This document shows, piece by piece, positions 44,543 to 54,424 of a DNA stretch of 64,000 bases. Made by a program: the position numbers and the translations under genes. The stretch's first letter is position 1. Each line of letters opens with the position of its first letter. The DNA is from an uncultured Nitrospinota bacterium (GTDB taxonomy: Bacteria > Tectomicrobia > Entotheonellia > J063 > CAVPRW01), in contig CAVPRW010000018.1 of assembly GCA_963707985.1 (NCBI GenBank), positions 177,896-241,895 of the forward strand. Direction: 5' to 3'. The notes beneath the pieces are model-generated. The model was not told the origin of the DNA. It worked only from the letters and a program-made list of their open reading frames with translations, and did not search any database.

Positions 44543-45706
44543 TTACGAGGCCAATTCAGCCACCACCGTGCCGGCACGTGCGCTATTATAGCCTCCGAGG
44601 CTTTCCAACTCCTCCTGGAACGGGCGGCTGACAATGATATCGAGGACGGCCTGCACAGCAGAGGCATTCAAGAACTCCAACGGAATGACCAGGTCGTAGC
44701 GTTCTTCCTGCATGGGCAGAAAATCGAGCCCTAACGCTTGTGCCACCGCCATAATCCCTGGCCCCGTATCAGCCAGGCCATGCGCTACAGCTTCAGCTAC
44801 TTCCAGATGACTTGAGACTTCGTGTCTGAACCCATTGACCTGTCGTGCGGATACTCCCACACCCTGGAGCCAGAGGTCAAGTAAAGTCCGGCTGCCAGCT
44901 CCAGGCTCACGATTGACGATGGTGATGTCCGCACGTGAGAGATCCCCGGCATCCGCAATGCCTTTCGGATTGCCGCGAGCGACGATGAGTCCTGCCTGCC
45001 ACTCTGAAAGCGTGACGATGACCAGGCGGCGGCCGGACAACTCGCGTCGGACAAAGGGCACATTGTATTCCCCAGCCTCTTGGTCCCAGAGATGTGTGCC
45101 GGCGGCATGAGCCTCTCCGCGCCCCAGCAGTCGTAGTGCAGTGAGACTGCTGCTTTGCACCCAGATGAGCCGAAAACCAGGGTAACGGCGTGACAGGTGG
45201 GCACCCAGCAAGGCGAGGCCGGGATCACAGCCCAAGACCACCACGGTTCGCTCCGGAAGCTCGGCATCGACCCAGAGATCGATTGTCACCCCTGGTTTAG
45301 CGCCTCTGCGTGCCCTGGCTACGCGCTCAACAGGCATGGTCACGCCATCGGCGGCCGAAAACGCTGCGGCGCCGGCCAGTGGACGCGCCAGCAGGCGATC
45401 ACCGACACGTGCAAGCTGTATACGTGTGCGGCCGATGTCTTTGGTGGAGGCTTCGCCGAGCCACTCAGCCTCGACACGAATGCGTTCCTCAGTCAGACGG
45501 AACAGCTCTTCCACCCGACACCCCAACGTCATGGACAGCCGTAGTGCAACCAGTGTACTGGGCACATAATGTCCGGCTTCGATGGCGTTGATTGCCTGGC
45601 GTGTCAATCCACAGCGCCGTGCTAATTCCTGTTGGCTAAGGCCAGCAGCTTGACGTCGGCCGCGGATGCGATTTTCGACCGGTAACGCGCTCTGACGCTG
45701 CGTCAT
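44543..45706 (-). CDS. XRE HTH + periplasmic-binding-like (molybdate-type) transcriptional regulator
   Basis: LSQQELARRCGLTRQAINAIEAG; GCDP, AGTHL, VNREPGAGSR, ERYDL. Confidence 0.85.
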   Translation of the reverse strand: MTQRQSALPVENRIRGRRQAAGLSQQELARRCGLTRQAINAIEAGHYVPSTLVALRLSMTLGCRVEELFRLTEERIRVEAEWLGEASTKDIGRTRIQLARVGDRLLARPLAGAAAFSAADGVTMPVERVARARRGAKPGVTIDLWVDAELPERTVVVLGCDPGLALLGAHLSRRYPGFRLIWVQSSSLTALRLLGRGEAHAAGTHLWDQEAGEYNVPFVRRELSGRRLVIVTLSEWQAGLIVARGNPKGIADAGDLSRADITIVNREPGAGSRTLLDLWLQGVGVSARQVNGFRHEVSSHLEVAEAVAHGLADTGPGIMAVAQALGLDFLPMQEERYDLVIPLEFLNASAVQAVLDIIVSRPFQEELESLGGYNSARAGTVVAELAS

Positions 45707-45725
45707 CACCTCACCTCCCAGTGCT

Positions 45726-45765
45726 ACAGTAGGGAATGAGCGTCTAGATGTCAAGCATAATTGAC
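45726..45765 (-). promoter_or_regulatory. Sigma-70 promoter with an overlapping GTCAA-N6-TTGAC palindrome
   Basis: TTGACA-N17-TACTGT on the minus strand; inverted repeat 45750-45765 covers the -35. Confidence 0.6.
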
Positions 45766-45810
45766 GAATAGAGCAATGCGTGGGGATGTGTGAATGCTGG
45801 ACCTACCAAT

Positions 45811-46965
45811 TTAACGGGTCGTCAGGCGTTCTAGGAAGGCTTGCAAGGCTGGCGCCCACTGATCCGCCTCACGGCCGCTGGCGAGGTGTCCAAAATTGCT
45901 GTCGAGCTCGATGTAGGAGGCCTCAACGCCGGCCGCCTGCAGCCGGGCCATGACACGTGCTCCCATGGATGGTGTGAATAACTGATCGGTGCGTGAAATG
46001 ACATAGAGGACTTTGGCCCGGATGGCACTGAAGTCGCGCTGTGCATCGAAACGTACAGAAGCTTTGCGCAAGACCACGAGAGAGTGGGCATCGAACTCGC
46101 GGGCCCAGGCCTCAGCTTGCCGCCGAATGCGGGCTTCGCGTTGCTCAGGATTGGGGTGACCGGCGCCGATGACGGCTTCGATACCATAGCGCTTGAGCGT
46201 TTCCATGCGGATCGCCGTGAGCGTAGGGGTGATTCCTCCACCCTCGTAATACCAGCCGCCGTTCCAGTTGGGATCCGTCGATAGCCGCTGAAGGAGGTGG
46301 TGCACGGCGTCATCCTTCCCCAGCCCTTTGGGAGACGAGGCCACGGCGACGATGCCATTCATGAAATCGGGGTAGGTCACGGCCCACTGGAAGGCTTGTC
46401 GGCCCCCTAACGACGGGCCTGCCACTGCCACCAGGTGGGTGACCCCTAGACGGAGCAGAAACTCGCGCTGTGCCATGACAATATCCCGCATGGTGATATC
46501 GGGAAACCCGGGACCGTAGGGCTTGTTTGTCGCGGGGTTGACGCTCCCAGGCCCGGTCGTCCCATAGCACGAACCGAGCACGTTGGAGGAGATCACCATG
46601 AAGCGCTCCGTATCGATGGCTTTGCCGGGTCCGATAAGACGATCCCACCACCCGACCTTGCTATCAGCCGGGCCATAGCGCCCAGCGGCGTGGTGATTGC
46701 TGGTATAGCCGTGAGTGATGAGAATGGCATTGCGACCATCCGGCGCCAGGCGTCCATAAGTCTCATAAGCGATGGTCACATCCGCCAGGACCTGTCCGCT
46801 CTCTAAGGTCAAGCTGCCGAGGTTCATACTTTTATGCTCAACTCCTTGTACAGGGTTGGTCAACAGCGGAACTTCAGCCATTGCGTAGGCAGGAAATGCT
46901 ACACAGCCGCCCAAGACAACCGCGATACAAACCAAACCGATAGCGTGTGAGCCCTGCCGTTTCAT
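45811..46965 (-). CDS. Homoserine O-acetyltransferase (MetX)-like alpha/beta hydrolase with an apparent signal peptide
   Basis: AYETYG, GWWDRLIGPGKAIDT, GTTGP, GPSLGG nucleophile, FGH. Confidence 0.85.
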   Translation of the reverse strand: MKRQGSHAIGLVCIAVVLGGCVAFPAYAMAEVPLLTNPVQGVEHKSMNLGSLTLESGQVLADVTIAYETYGRLAPDGRNAILITHGYTSNHHAAGRYGPADSKVGWWDRLIGPGKAIDTERFMVISSNVLGSCYGTTGPGSVNPATNKPYGPGFPDITMRDIVMAQREFLLRLGVTHLVAVAGPSLGGRQAFQWAVTYPDFMNGIVAVASSPKGLGKDDAVHHLLQRLSTDPNWNGGWYYEGGGITPTLTAIRMETLKRYGIEAVIGAGHPNPEQREARIRRQAEAWAREFDAHSLVVLRKASVRFDAQRDFSAIRAKVLYVISRTDQLFTPSMGARVMARLQAAGVEASYIELDSNFGHLASGREADQWAPALQAFLERLTTR

Positions 46966-47295
46966 GATCCGCCCATGCACGGTTGCGTCCCCATGCCTCG
47001 TCTTGCAAAGCCTGGCGGCATTCTCCCGCACAACCGTGGGGCTGATCAGCCTGTGTAGGGGGCATAGCGCTCCCAGTCAAGCTGGCCCGGAATATAGGCA
47101 GGCACCGCTAGATTCCAATCCCTCCCCACACGCCGAGCTGAAAGCGTGGCCACCACGAGGGCCCCCCCATAGGCCTCAGGGTGCCGACGAATGTCGATGA
47201 TGCTGAGATTCCAGGACACCTGTTGCGCGAGCGGCGAGGGGATGCCGGCTGCACAGCCAGCGCTCAGACCTCAGAGGCAGGCCCCGAGAGCCAGC

Positions 47296-47607
47296 CTACG
47301 CAGAGGCGCGGAAGGCATTGACTGCCGTTACCAGCGCCGGCGTCCCACCGAAGAGATAGGCGACCTGGACTGCCTCGTTGATCTCGGCCTCAGTTGCTCC
47401 TGCCGCACGGGCACGGTTGGCGATGTTGGCGCAGCCGTCGGGATGGGCCGTGATGGCATCGACGATCATGGTCATCAGGATTTTGTATTTGGCTGGGATC
47501 GCCCCCTCTTTGAGGACGTGCTCGCGTTGGGTCAACACCGTTTCGGCAAATGTGGGGTCGCGCTGTTGGAGTTGCTGAATCCATTCCGGCATGGGAGCTT
47601 GTGCCAT
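47296..47607 (-). CDS. Carboxymuconolactone decarboxylase (CMD/AhpD-like) family protein
   Basis: GAIPAKYKILM...ARAAGATEAEINEA...GG.P; AGGAGG RBS. Confidence 0.85.
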   Translation of the reverse strand: MAQAPMPEWIQQLQQRDPTFAETVLTQREHVLKEGAIPAKYKILMTMIVDAITAHPDGCANIANRARAAGATEAEINEAVQVAYLFGGTPALVTAVNAFRASA

Positions 47608-47620
47608 ATGATCCCTCCTT

Positions 47621-48046
47621 TCAATGCTTGATGGGAACGATGTTCCAGTTCACCAACCTGCCGCGATCAAAGAGCAATTGCACCTCTGAGTCTAACACCC
47701 GTTCCTGGCCGTTACGGCTGGCGTTGCCAGAGCGTTTTTTACCCTTCTGCTCTTTCACAAATTCGTAAATCCAGTATTCCTTTTTCTTATCGAATAAATT
47801 CTGCCCGCGACGTTGGGGCGGCCCAACAAGTTCAATGACTTCCTCGGTGGTCAAACCTGGACTCAGGCGACTGGTGATCTCTTGGGCTTTGGGGTCCGGT
47901 TTCGAGCGAAAGAAGAAGCAACCCTCCAGAGTCAGAAGCACAGCGAATAGTCCCAGAACACAGGTGACGGTTCTGGGGGTCGGTGCGAACTGGACCACTC
48001 GCCGTCGCATCGGGATAACGCTCCAAAGCATAACGACTCTTTCCAA
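47621..48046 (-). CDS. Putative lipoprotein, SmpA/BamE-like (start uncertain)
   Basis: Hydrophobic stretch then LEGC lipobox-like motif; LSPGLTTEEVIELVGPP; WIY. Confidence 0.6.
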   Translation of the reverse strand: MERVVMLWSVIPMRRRVVQFAPTPRTVTCVLGLFAVLLTLEGCFFFRSKPDPKAQEITSRLSPGLTTEEVIELVGPPQRRGQNLFDKKKEYWIYEFVKEQKGKKRSGNASRNGQERVLDSEVQLLFDRGRLVNWNIVPIKH

Positions 48047-48064
48047 GGCATGGCATGACGGCTG

Positions 48065-48748
48065 TTACCGACCGCCGCCGCGGTGGAGCTGAGTAACGAG
48101 ATTATGCGCCAGCCGCGTTGGTTCAGGAATGCGTACCCCGCGTGTACAGGCCATGAGAATGCGGATCGCGGCGGTAAGGTCCAGTCGATGGCCAATCGAC
48201 ACGAAGATCGGCGTGGTCTTCGATTTTGTACGCAGGACTGCCCCAATGATCTGGCCCTGTGGGTCACGCAAGTCCGCCCAGGCACCTTTGTCGGGGTCGG
48301 GCTCTTGATAGCGGCCAAACAGCAACGATTTGGCGCAGCCGATGCTGGGCTTTTCGAACATCAGCCCCAGGTGCGTGGCGATACCCAGGCCGCGGGGGTG
48401 CGCTATGCCCTGGCCATCGAAAACGAGCACGTCGGGCTCAGTGGTCAACAGTTCGAAAACCTTCATGAGCAGAGGTCCTTCGCGAAACGCCAGGAGACCA
48501 GGAATGTAGGGAAAAGTCACCTCATCCGCGAGGCCGCGTTCCTCCACCACCTCGAGCGCCGGATAGCTGAGAACGACCACCCCGGCGTATGCCCTGGGCG
48601 AGTCCTTCGAGGTCGCGATGTCGGCACCAGCGATATAGCGTAGCTCGCCCAGCGTGTTCTCGGTGATGACCTGAGCCCTGAGGCGTTTTTGGATGGCGAT
48701 GGCCTCATGCGTATTCACCTGCCAAGGATGTAAGGCCTTGGCTTTCAT
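48065..48748 (-). CDS. nfi: Endonuclease V
   Basis: AGAD, FPYIPGLLAFRE, DGQGIAHPR, GCAK, RIPEPTRLAH. Confidence 0.95.
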   Translation of the reverse strand: MKAKALHPWQVNTHEAIAIQKRLRAQVITENTLGELRYIAGADIATSKDSPRAYAGVVVLSYPALEVVEERGLADEVTFPYIPGLLAFREGPLLMKVFELLTTEPDVLVFDGQGIAHPRGLGIATHLGLMFEKPSIGCAKSLLFGRYQEPDPDKGAWADLRDPQGQIIGAVLRTKSKTTPIFVSIGHRLDLTAAIRILMACTRGVRIPEPTRLAHNLVTQLHRGGGR

Positions 48749-49044
48749 GCGGACCGTACCCAGGTTTCGGAAAAGGCCAGAAATGCCGTGGTGCTTTTGG
48801 TCCCATACATGTCGCGTGGGATCGGTTTGCCAACCCCGCGGACACCATTGACCACGACTTCAGCACGTTGGCCAGGGATGAACAGTGACGCCATGTAGTG
48901 CTTGCCGGTGGCAGAGTGTTCGGGATTATAGTCAACGAAGCTGACCAGGCAGGTGAATGGCCCTGATTCTTCAAGTTTGAGGTACATACCAGGGTTCTCC
49001 CCTGACCACTCGACAGCACCGGGATTGATAGGTTGGTCGGCCAC
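48745..49044 (-). CDS. Hypothetical protein coupled to nfi (ATGA overlap)
   Basis: GAGGA RBS with GTG start (MADQPINPG...); stop overlaps the nfi start. Confidence 0.6.
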   Translation of the reverse strand: MADQPINPGAVEWSGENPGMYLKLEESGPFTCLVSFVDYNPEHSATGKHYMASLFIPGQRAEVVVNGVRGVGKPIPRDMYGTKSTTAFLAFSETWVRSA

Positions 49045-49298
49045 GCACGTATCCTCCGAGAACAGGAACACCCTCCGGTACGGGGAGGGGTAATGCCCAA
49101 CCTGCGCTATGCGGGGCACGAGCATACCCGGTTTTCATGGATGGGTCAATCGCTGTGATTCGCTCAACGATTGTCAACTTCATACATGACAGCTAGGCCG
49201 AATGGCCCACCATAAAGTGACCCCATCACCCAAGGTGAACAGGGCACCTCTGAACGACCTCGACCCCTTTGAAAGGAAAAAATCAATCACTTGGGGAG

Positions 49299-49943
49299 TT
49301 AGGCCGGTAAAATTGGCGAAAGATCTTCGGTCAACGAATCAACGATCAGATCAGCCTGATATAACTGGTCGCGTGCCACCGAGTTCGTTACAGCGATGCA
49401 GCGCATGCCAGCGCTCTTGGCAGCTTCAACCCCTGCAGGGGCATCCTCGATAGCAATGCATTCAGCGGGGAGGACCCCTAGGTTCTGGGCAGCGACCAGA
49501 TAAATCTCAGGATCGGGTTTGCTGTGCGAGACATCATCCCCGGTGACGACCGCTTCGAAGGTGTCCATCAGCGCCAAGGCCTGCATCCCAAACGCAACTT
49601 TCACGCGGTCGCCGGAGGAGGCCAAGGCCAGGTGGTAGCCATGGTCGTGTAGGCGCTTGAGGAGGTCGATCACCCCAGGCAATGGTTGCAAATGCCCGGC
49701 GGCAAGATGATAGTAGCGGGCATGTTTGTGCGCGATCGCCAGCTTGACGTCGGCCGTCACCCCATGCCTGGAAAAGTAATCCATAAAGTCATCTCGCACT
49801 CGCCGTCCATATGAGCGTTGCAATTCCTCCGCCGTGGGCTCGACTCCGTGTTGGCGCAGAATGTCGATCAGGGCTTGCATGCTATATGGCTCGCTATCCA
49901 CAATCACGCCATCCATATCGAAGATCACCGCCCGAACGGCCAC
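49299..49943 (-). CDS. HAD-family phosphatase (beta-phosphoglucomutase-like)
   Basis: IFDMDGVIVDS, LASS, KPDPEIY, IEDAPAGVEAA. Confidence 0.92.
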   Translation of the reverse strand: MAVRAVIFDMDGVIVDSEPYSMQALIDILRQHGVEPTAEELQRSYGRRVRDDFMDYFSRHGVTADVKLAIAHKHARYYHLAAGHLQPLPGVIDLLKRLHDHGYHLALASSGDRVKVAFGMQALALMDTFEAVVTGDDVSHSKPDPEIYLVAAQNLGVLPAECIAIEDAPAGVEAAKSAGMRCIAVTNSVARDQLYQADLIVDSLTEDLSPILPA

Positions 49944-49957
49944 TCCGGCCTCCCCTC

Positions 49958-50566
49958 CTAGTCTTGCATCACCCACATAAAGAGCACTTGCAACACGCCG
50001 ATGAGGAACCCCAGGATCCCTCCGGAGATCTCGACCCAAAAGAGCTCCGTTCGGGCTACCCGGTAGACGATCCGCTCCAAGCGGTCGAAGTCGAATTGCT
50101 CGACCCGATCGGCGACGATCTTGCGAATATTCACCTTCTCGACGAGCTGTTTGATGGCGGCCTCCACCTCCAGCGGGAAGAGGTTGACCAACTCGATAAT
50201 CAGCCCGCGCTTCACCCGTTGCACGACGTCGCGGGATAAGACTCTCTCGTAGAGAAACTCGCCGCGAAAGACTTTTTCGCGCAGAAAACGATCGAGTCGT
50301 GTCTCGATCACGGCAGTCAGGTGGCCACGTAACTCCTCGGTATCGAGGGCGTTGAGGATATCCTCGGATTTCAGAAGCTCCGCTTCGACCACCTCACCGA
50401 TTTTAAGGGCCAGATCGCGCTGACGCCGTGGAATTACCCCCTGCAAAAGGAGCCCAAGGACAAACTTCGGTTGACGGGGGCGAAAAAGCATTTTGATGGC
50501 GAGATAATTCGTCAGCCAGCCGATTAGGGCGCCGACAAAGGGTGTGATCCAGACCCAGCCAGTCAT
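49958..50566 (-). CDS. DUF445-family membrane protein
   Basis: GALIGWLTNYLAIKMLFRP, GVIPRRQ, C-terminal GGILGFLIG. Confidence 0.88.
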   Translation of the reverse strand: MTGWVWITPFVGALIGWLTNYLAIKMLFRPRQPKFVLGLLLQGVIPRRQRDLALKIGEVVEAELLKSEDILNALDTEELRGHLTAVIETRLDRFLREKVFRGEFLYERVLSRDVVQRVKRGLIIELVNLFPLEVEAAIKQLVEKVNIRKIVADRVEQFDFDRLERIVYRVARTELFWVEISGGILGFLIGVLQVLFMWVMQD

Positions 50567-50599
50567 GGTTGCCTCGTCGTCGTGATGGTCGCTAGAGTG

Positions 50600-51658
50600 C
50601 TAGCCCTGAAACCCTTGGCGCAGGGCTTGCACCTTCTCCGCCAGATCATTGGGGAGGTTCAGCGTGCCACCGATGTTCGAATAGGTAAACTGACGCGAGT
50701 TCACGTGGACGTGGAGGGGGATGTCCTCACCCTGGTGGATCTCGTAGTCCAGAGCGGATGGGCCGAACATCACCAGCACTTGATGCAGCGCACGTGCAAA
50801 CCGTTCGATCACATCCTCCGGCATCGCCGTCAGCGGCCCCCAATGGGCCAGGTCGATGACGTCGAAGCAGCGGGGAAATTTGCCAAATGGATTCCAGCAG
50901 GTGACCAGGGCACCATTCTCATGGATCACCCAGCCCTCAGCACGAAAGAAGTCGACACACTCCCCCCAGATCTGTGGTTCCCGAGCGGTGACCTGCATTT
51001 CCGCCTCGATGTCGGGAAATAGTGCATGTGAGGCGATGACCTGATTATGGAGATGCGGCTGTGAGGCCCCTGACTCAGGCCCCTGATTCTTGCGAATGAG
51101 CACTGAACCCACGGTCTCATTCATATAGGCCAGCTGCACGATCCGGACATTGGCCTTGAGTAACGCCACAAATTGCGTTACAGGTAACCCACCAGACCAT
51201 TGGAGATCACGTGGAGAGCGGGCGTCCACCATAAAATGCCGGGCATCTTCGACAATGACGTACGATTCATTCCGGCCGCCGGTGCATTCTTCCGGGATAC
51301 GCGGAATGAGGTTCCGGAAGACCCGAATCGCCCAGTCGTCAGAAGCCACCCTGGCGGGGATGTCGCCGCCATCGAAAATCTCCCCATAGGTGACACGGAA
51401 GAGTTCTGTAGTTGTCTGGTGCTCACGACCCGGGCAGAAAAGGCAGCGCGCCTCCTCCTGCACCATCTGCATAATGAGGTCGGGGCTCAACGGGCTCTGG
51501 GGCTCGGGTGGCTTGGGACGCGGCGCACTGAACATCGGTCTTTGTCCGCGAAAAGCAAAAACCTTCTTATGGATGTTGTTGAAGTACGTATGGATTCCGG
51601 TGAAAGGATTGCGAATCCAGACGACCTGACCATTCACCCGTTGGTGGAGAATTGGCAT
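50600..51658 (-). CDS. GalT-like (HIT superfamily) nucleotidyltransferase
   Basis: CLFCPGRE zinc motif; GASQPHLHNQ (HxHxQ); second HVH motif. Confidence 0.75.
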   Translation of the reverse strand: MPILHQRVNGQVVWIRNPFTGIHTYFNNIHKKVFAFRGQRPMFSAPRPKPPEPQSPLSPDLIMQMVQEEARCLFCPGREHQTTTELFRVTYGEIFDGGDIPARVASDDWAIRVFRNLIPRIPEECTGGRNESYVIVEDARHFMVDARSPRDLQWSGGLPVTQFVALLKANVRIVQLAYMNETVGSVLIRKNQGPESGASQPHLHNQVIASHALFPDIEAEMQVTAREPQIWGECVDFFRAEGWVIHENGALVTCWNPFGKFPRCFDVIDLAHWGPLTAMPEDVIERFARALHQVLVMFGPSALDYEIHQGEDIPLHVHVNSRQFTYSNIGGTLNLPNDLAEKVQALRQGFQG

Positions 51659-51902
51659 ACCCGCGGCTCTCACCTGACAGCACACCGTGTGATCACAAGC
51701 GAATCGACGGAGTCCTTGACAGTAGTTAGGCCTTCCATGGATATTGAACAGTCACTCGTTTGCTTCAGCGTCGGACATGTACCACAGGCATCATTTGCAC
51801 CATTATAGAATATAGAGATACCCCCCACAACAGGCAATCGCTCCTCGGGGGAGCTTTGTCATCTTCCGCCCGAAGAGACGGCTGAAGGATGGACTGAAGG
51901 TC

Positions 51903-52988
51903 ATGAAACTCACCTGGCGGCCGAATCTCTCCGAGCTCCCCGAGCAACCAGGGGTCTACCTCTTTCGCAATGCTCGGGGCGCTGTGCTGTATGTCGGAAA
52001 AGCCTTGAATCTGCGTCGTCGCGTCGCTTCCTACTTTCACCAGCGCCGCCGCCAGCCACCCAGGCTGCGCCGCATGATCGGCCGCGCCCGTGCGGTGACG
52101 CTGTGCGAAACCGGATCAGAGCTGGAGGCATTGCTTCTAGAGTCACGTCTGATCAAACAGGAGACACCTCCCTTTAATCGGCTATCAATCGCGTATGTGG
52201 CGCTGCCATTCGTCAGGCTGACCCTCGACGAACCGTTCCCACGTTTAGTGGTCACACGTGAATTGATCCCCGATGGCAGTCAGTACCTCGGGCCATTCCC
52301 ACGCCTCGACATTGCTGCCACAGTACAAGCGGCTTTGCAGCGCCTCTTCCCATTACGCACTTGCGAGGCGGCGATTCTCCCCGGGTTGTTTCCGACGCCG
52401 TGTGAAGCCTATCATCTGAAAAAATGCGCCGCGCCATGCGTCGGACCGCACATCGCTGCCACCTATCGCCAGCATGTGGAGGCACTCTTGTCTCTGCTGG
52501 CGCGCGGTCATGCGGAGATCTTGCAGCGCCTCAGGGTAGAACGTCAGCAAGCTGCGGATGGCATGTTCTTTGAGCGGGCTGGGCATTTGCACATGTTGTT
52601 GGCCGCCCTGGACGAGGCCACTATCGGTCGGCCACTGGCCCTTCTGCCAGTAGCGTTGCGGAATTTCGTGGTGATTTTCACTCGGGCGAAGCCCCATTCG
52701 TATGAGCTGTTTTACATACGCCATGGCCTTTTTGCCGGTCGACTTGTGGGCGGGGAGAAGGCAGACGATTGGCAGGCAGTAGACGCCTTTCTCACACGCT
52801 GCCATGGGGCACCAGAGGCCACATCACGCGCCAGCGAAATGGAGGTGGATGAGCTACGCATCGTTGCCGGCTGGCTGCACCGCACGCGTGCAGCCGCGCG
52901 CTGGGTCCACCTCGAGGCACCGATCAATGCCCCGTCGGCGCTAGAGGCAGTGATGAGCGTGCTATCCGTGCGCCAGCTGCCAACATGA
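51903..52988 (+). CDS. UvrC N-terminal-like (Cho-type) GIY-YIG excinuclease
   Basis: PGVYLF...YVGKALNLRRRVASYF, EALLLE, Cys cluster, UVR-like FERA; no RNase H or HhH C-terminus. Confidence 0.85.
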   Translation: MKLTWRPNLSELPEQPGVYLFRNARGAVLYVGKALNLRRRVASYFHQRRRQPPRLRRMIGRARAVTLCETGSELEALLLESRLIKQETPPFNRLSIAYVALPFVRLTLDEPFPRLVVTRELIPDGSQYLGPFPRLDIAATVQAALQRLFPLRTCEAAILPGLFPTPCEAYHLKKCAAPCVGPHIAATYRQHVEALLSLLARGHAEILQRLRVERQQAADGMFFERAGHLHMLLAALDEATIGRPLALLPVALRNFVVIFTRAKPHSYELFYIRHGLFAGRLVGGEKADDWQAVDAFLTRCHGAPEATSRASEMEVDELRIVAGWLHRTRAAARWVHLEAPINAPSALEAVMSVLSVRQLPT

Positions 52989-52997
52989 GCATTCTGC

Positions 52998-53277
52998 TTA
53001 CCAGGTCTGGCGGTCAATCGTTGTGACATCTTGATGGAGCCGTTGCTCGGCTTGTCGCAGCCGCCAGCTCCACAACATCAGCGTGACTCCGGCAAAGAGT
53101 AGGACGCTGGCCACCATGTAAGCCAGCAGCTCTGGCCACAGCAGAATTGCCAGGGCTACCAGGGTCAGGGCAACGCCCGGTGCCATCAGCACCCACCAGA
53201 CACGCCCCACGCCATTGCCGGTAAACTGCTGACCAGCTTGCTGCATACGAAGGAATATGGGGGAACGTATAAACATG
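52998..53277 (-). CDS. Small two-helix membrane protein
   Basis: AAGGAG RBS before MFIRSP; two hydrophobic helices around WPELL. Confidence 0.65.
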
Positions 53278-53719
53278 TTAGTCATCTCCTTGATCGTCCT
53301 GGCTGAGACGGGCACCTGACAAATCCTTGGCACCGGAATATAGCCAAGGGCCCCGAGGTGATCGATTCCTCACACTCGTCCTATATTATCAGTATGGCAC
53401 GAGAGTAGGCGTAGTCAAGACCGAGACACTTGAGGTGTTGAGCCATTAGCCTGGTGTGGGCATCGTGGCGCGTCTCATGGTTGCCTCTCGGTACCGTGAC
53501 GGACCTCCACCATGACACTTGACATCGCCCATCTCTGCCTCTGGTGACCAGTATGCCACCTCGGCGTCATGCGCGCCCCAGTCTCAATCTCTCTTAAGTC
53601 GATTCGACCTCCTCGCAAGAATGATAGCGGCTTTTATATTGACCTTTTAACAGGGTTTTGATAACTTCTAGGCCAACGTTTGGCACCTCAGTATGGCCAG
53701 AAGAGCTGACTGAAGCGGA

Positions 53720-54418
53720 GTGCAGCAACCGATGGGCAAAATGGGTCGGGAAGGTAACGACACAACGTTGATCCGTGACCGGAAGCGGAACATTCGGCAG
53801 TGGATCCGCACGGTGCGACGAGGATTGTCAGAGGTGGAACGGCTGGCAGACAGTCGCCGTGTCTGGGAGCGTGTGGTCGGCCTATCCTGTTATCAGCACG
53901 CCCGAGTGGTGCTGGGTTACATGGCCTTTGATCATGAGGTGTTGACCGATGGTTTAATGCAGCAGGCCATGGCGTCGGGAAAGCAGTTGGTCTTGCCCAT
54001 GGTACTGGGTGATCGACAGGATATGGCGCTTTATGTCATCGAAGATCTCAGATGCGATGTGGCGCCAGGGTATCGTGGCATCCTTGAGCCCCAACCACAG
54101 TGCACACGCGCCGTGGCGCCGGACACCCTCGACCTGGCGCTTATCCCTGGCGTGGCCTTCGATCTGCGGGGGGGACGCCTCGGGTTTGGCGCGGGGTTCT
54201 ATGATCGGTTACTCAGTCGACTGCCACAGGGCACCTCGACGATAGGTCTGGCATTCGATTTCCAGGTCATTCCGCGGCTACCGTTCGAACCTCATGACAT
54301 GTTGCTAAAGGCGATTGTCACCGAGCAGCGCGTCATTTGGGGCACTTCTTGCCCGCAGGGCGATGCAGCGGAAGGGGCCCGGTTCTCTCATGTGGCTGGG
54401 GAAAGGGGAGAGGGGTGA
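53720..54418 (+). CDS. ygfA: 5-formyltetrahydrofolate cyclo-ligase
   Basis: GILEP, IPGVAFD...RLGFGAGFYDRLL, EPHD; directly upstream of rny. Confidence 0.93.
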   Translation: MQQPMGKMGREGNDTTLIRDRKRNIRQWIRTVRRGLSEVERLADSRRVWERVVGLSCYQHARVVLGYMAFDHEVLTDGLMQQAMASGKQLVLPMVLGDRQDMALYVIEDLRCDVAPGYRGILEPQPQCTRAVAPDTLDLALIPGVAFDLRGGRLGFGAGFYDRLLSRLPQGTSTIGLAFDFQVIPRLPFEPHDMLLKAIVTEQRVIWGTSCPQGDAAEGARFSHVAGERGEG

Positions 54419-54424
54419 GCAACC

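Noticed and set aside
53340..53720. 6S RNA (ssrS), often found upstream of ygfA
   Set aside because: No long rod-like self-complementarity identified by eye, and a promoter-like TTGACC-N17-TAACTT sits close to ygfA; an Rfam scan would be decisive.
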